Assembly (NCBI GenBank): GCA_043812155.1
Contig: JBDRMK010000030.1
Span: 8,407-72,406 of the forward strand
Reading direction: 5' to 3'
DNA length: 64,000 nucleotides
DNA from: Patescibacteria group bacterium
Lineage (GTDB): Bacteria > Patescibacteriota > Patescibacteriia > JAXHNJ01
Shown here: positions 63,791 to 64,000 of the stretch, piece after piece
Position numbering within the stretch: position 1 is the stretch's first letter
How the letters are laid out: every line of letters starts with the position of its first letter
The notes under the pieces: model-generated
What the model was told of the DNA's origin: nothing
The model's input: the letters and a program-made list of their open reading frames with translations, nothing else
Database searches by the model: none
Program-made: the position numbers and the translations under genes

Positions 63791-63888
63791 TTGCTTAGTT
63801 AATTTGTTGAATAGTTGATTAGTTAATTAGTTTAATAAATAATTTTCGGTAAATATAGACAATTTGGTGGCTATAAAGGAAAAAATTT

Positions 63889-64000
63889 ATGGCTACCGGT
63901 ATAGAGAATTTAAGAATTTGGAAATCCGCTCATTCGCTGGAAATACAAATATATAAAATAACCGCCGGCTTTCCTAAAGAAGCATATTACTTAAGGAGAG
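63889..64000 (+). CDS. Four-helix-bundle protein, 3'-truncated by the window edge
   Basis: MATGIENLRIWKSAHSLEIQIYKITAGFPKE resembles the N-terminus of 48018-48380. Confidence 0.7.
   Translation, partial: MATGIENLRIWKSAHSLEIQIYKITAGFPKEAYYLRR

Overview
A gene-dense bacterial chromosome segment. Gene content and style suggest a Patescibacteria/CPR (Parcubacteria-like) genome; this is inference. The housekeeping backbone is ileS (partial), recO, tgt, a membrane-anchored Clp ATPase, glyQS, rsmI, metG, tatD, rmuC, a V/A-type ATPase operon (ntpB has a single in-frame TAA), an intein-containing UvrD/RecB-like helicase-nuclease, typA, pheST, gyrB, secE and nusG. The clearest accessory system is a complete diversity-generating retroelement at about 6.0-8.9 kb. 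Its VR differs from the TR at 18 positions over 125 nt, all at TR adenines. It also has an antisense avd that overlaps the RT 5' end across a G12 tract, and a structured RNA upstream of the TR. The window is also seeded with several families of small repeats. These include an exactly 30-bp covarying double hairpin (5 copies, 2 in-frame inside genes), 7- and 8-nt-period arrays that bracket a four-helix-bundle gene as inverted arms and also occur empty, palindromes flanking a GIY-YIG nuclease, and a MITE-like element. Other oddities are a guaB plus PurA-like pair lacking the catalytic His, a triplet of small genes sharing a four-Cys motif, CarS-like lipid genes, and accessory cassettes with boxA-like leaders. 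All calls are from reading the sequence; no database searches were run.
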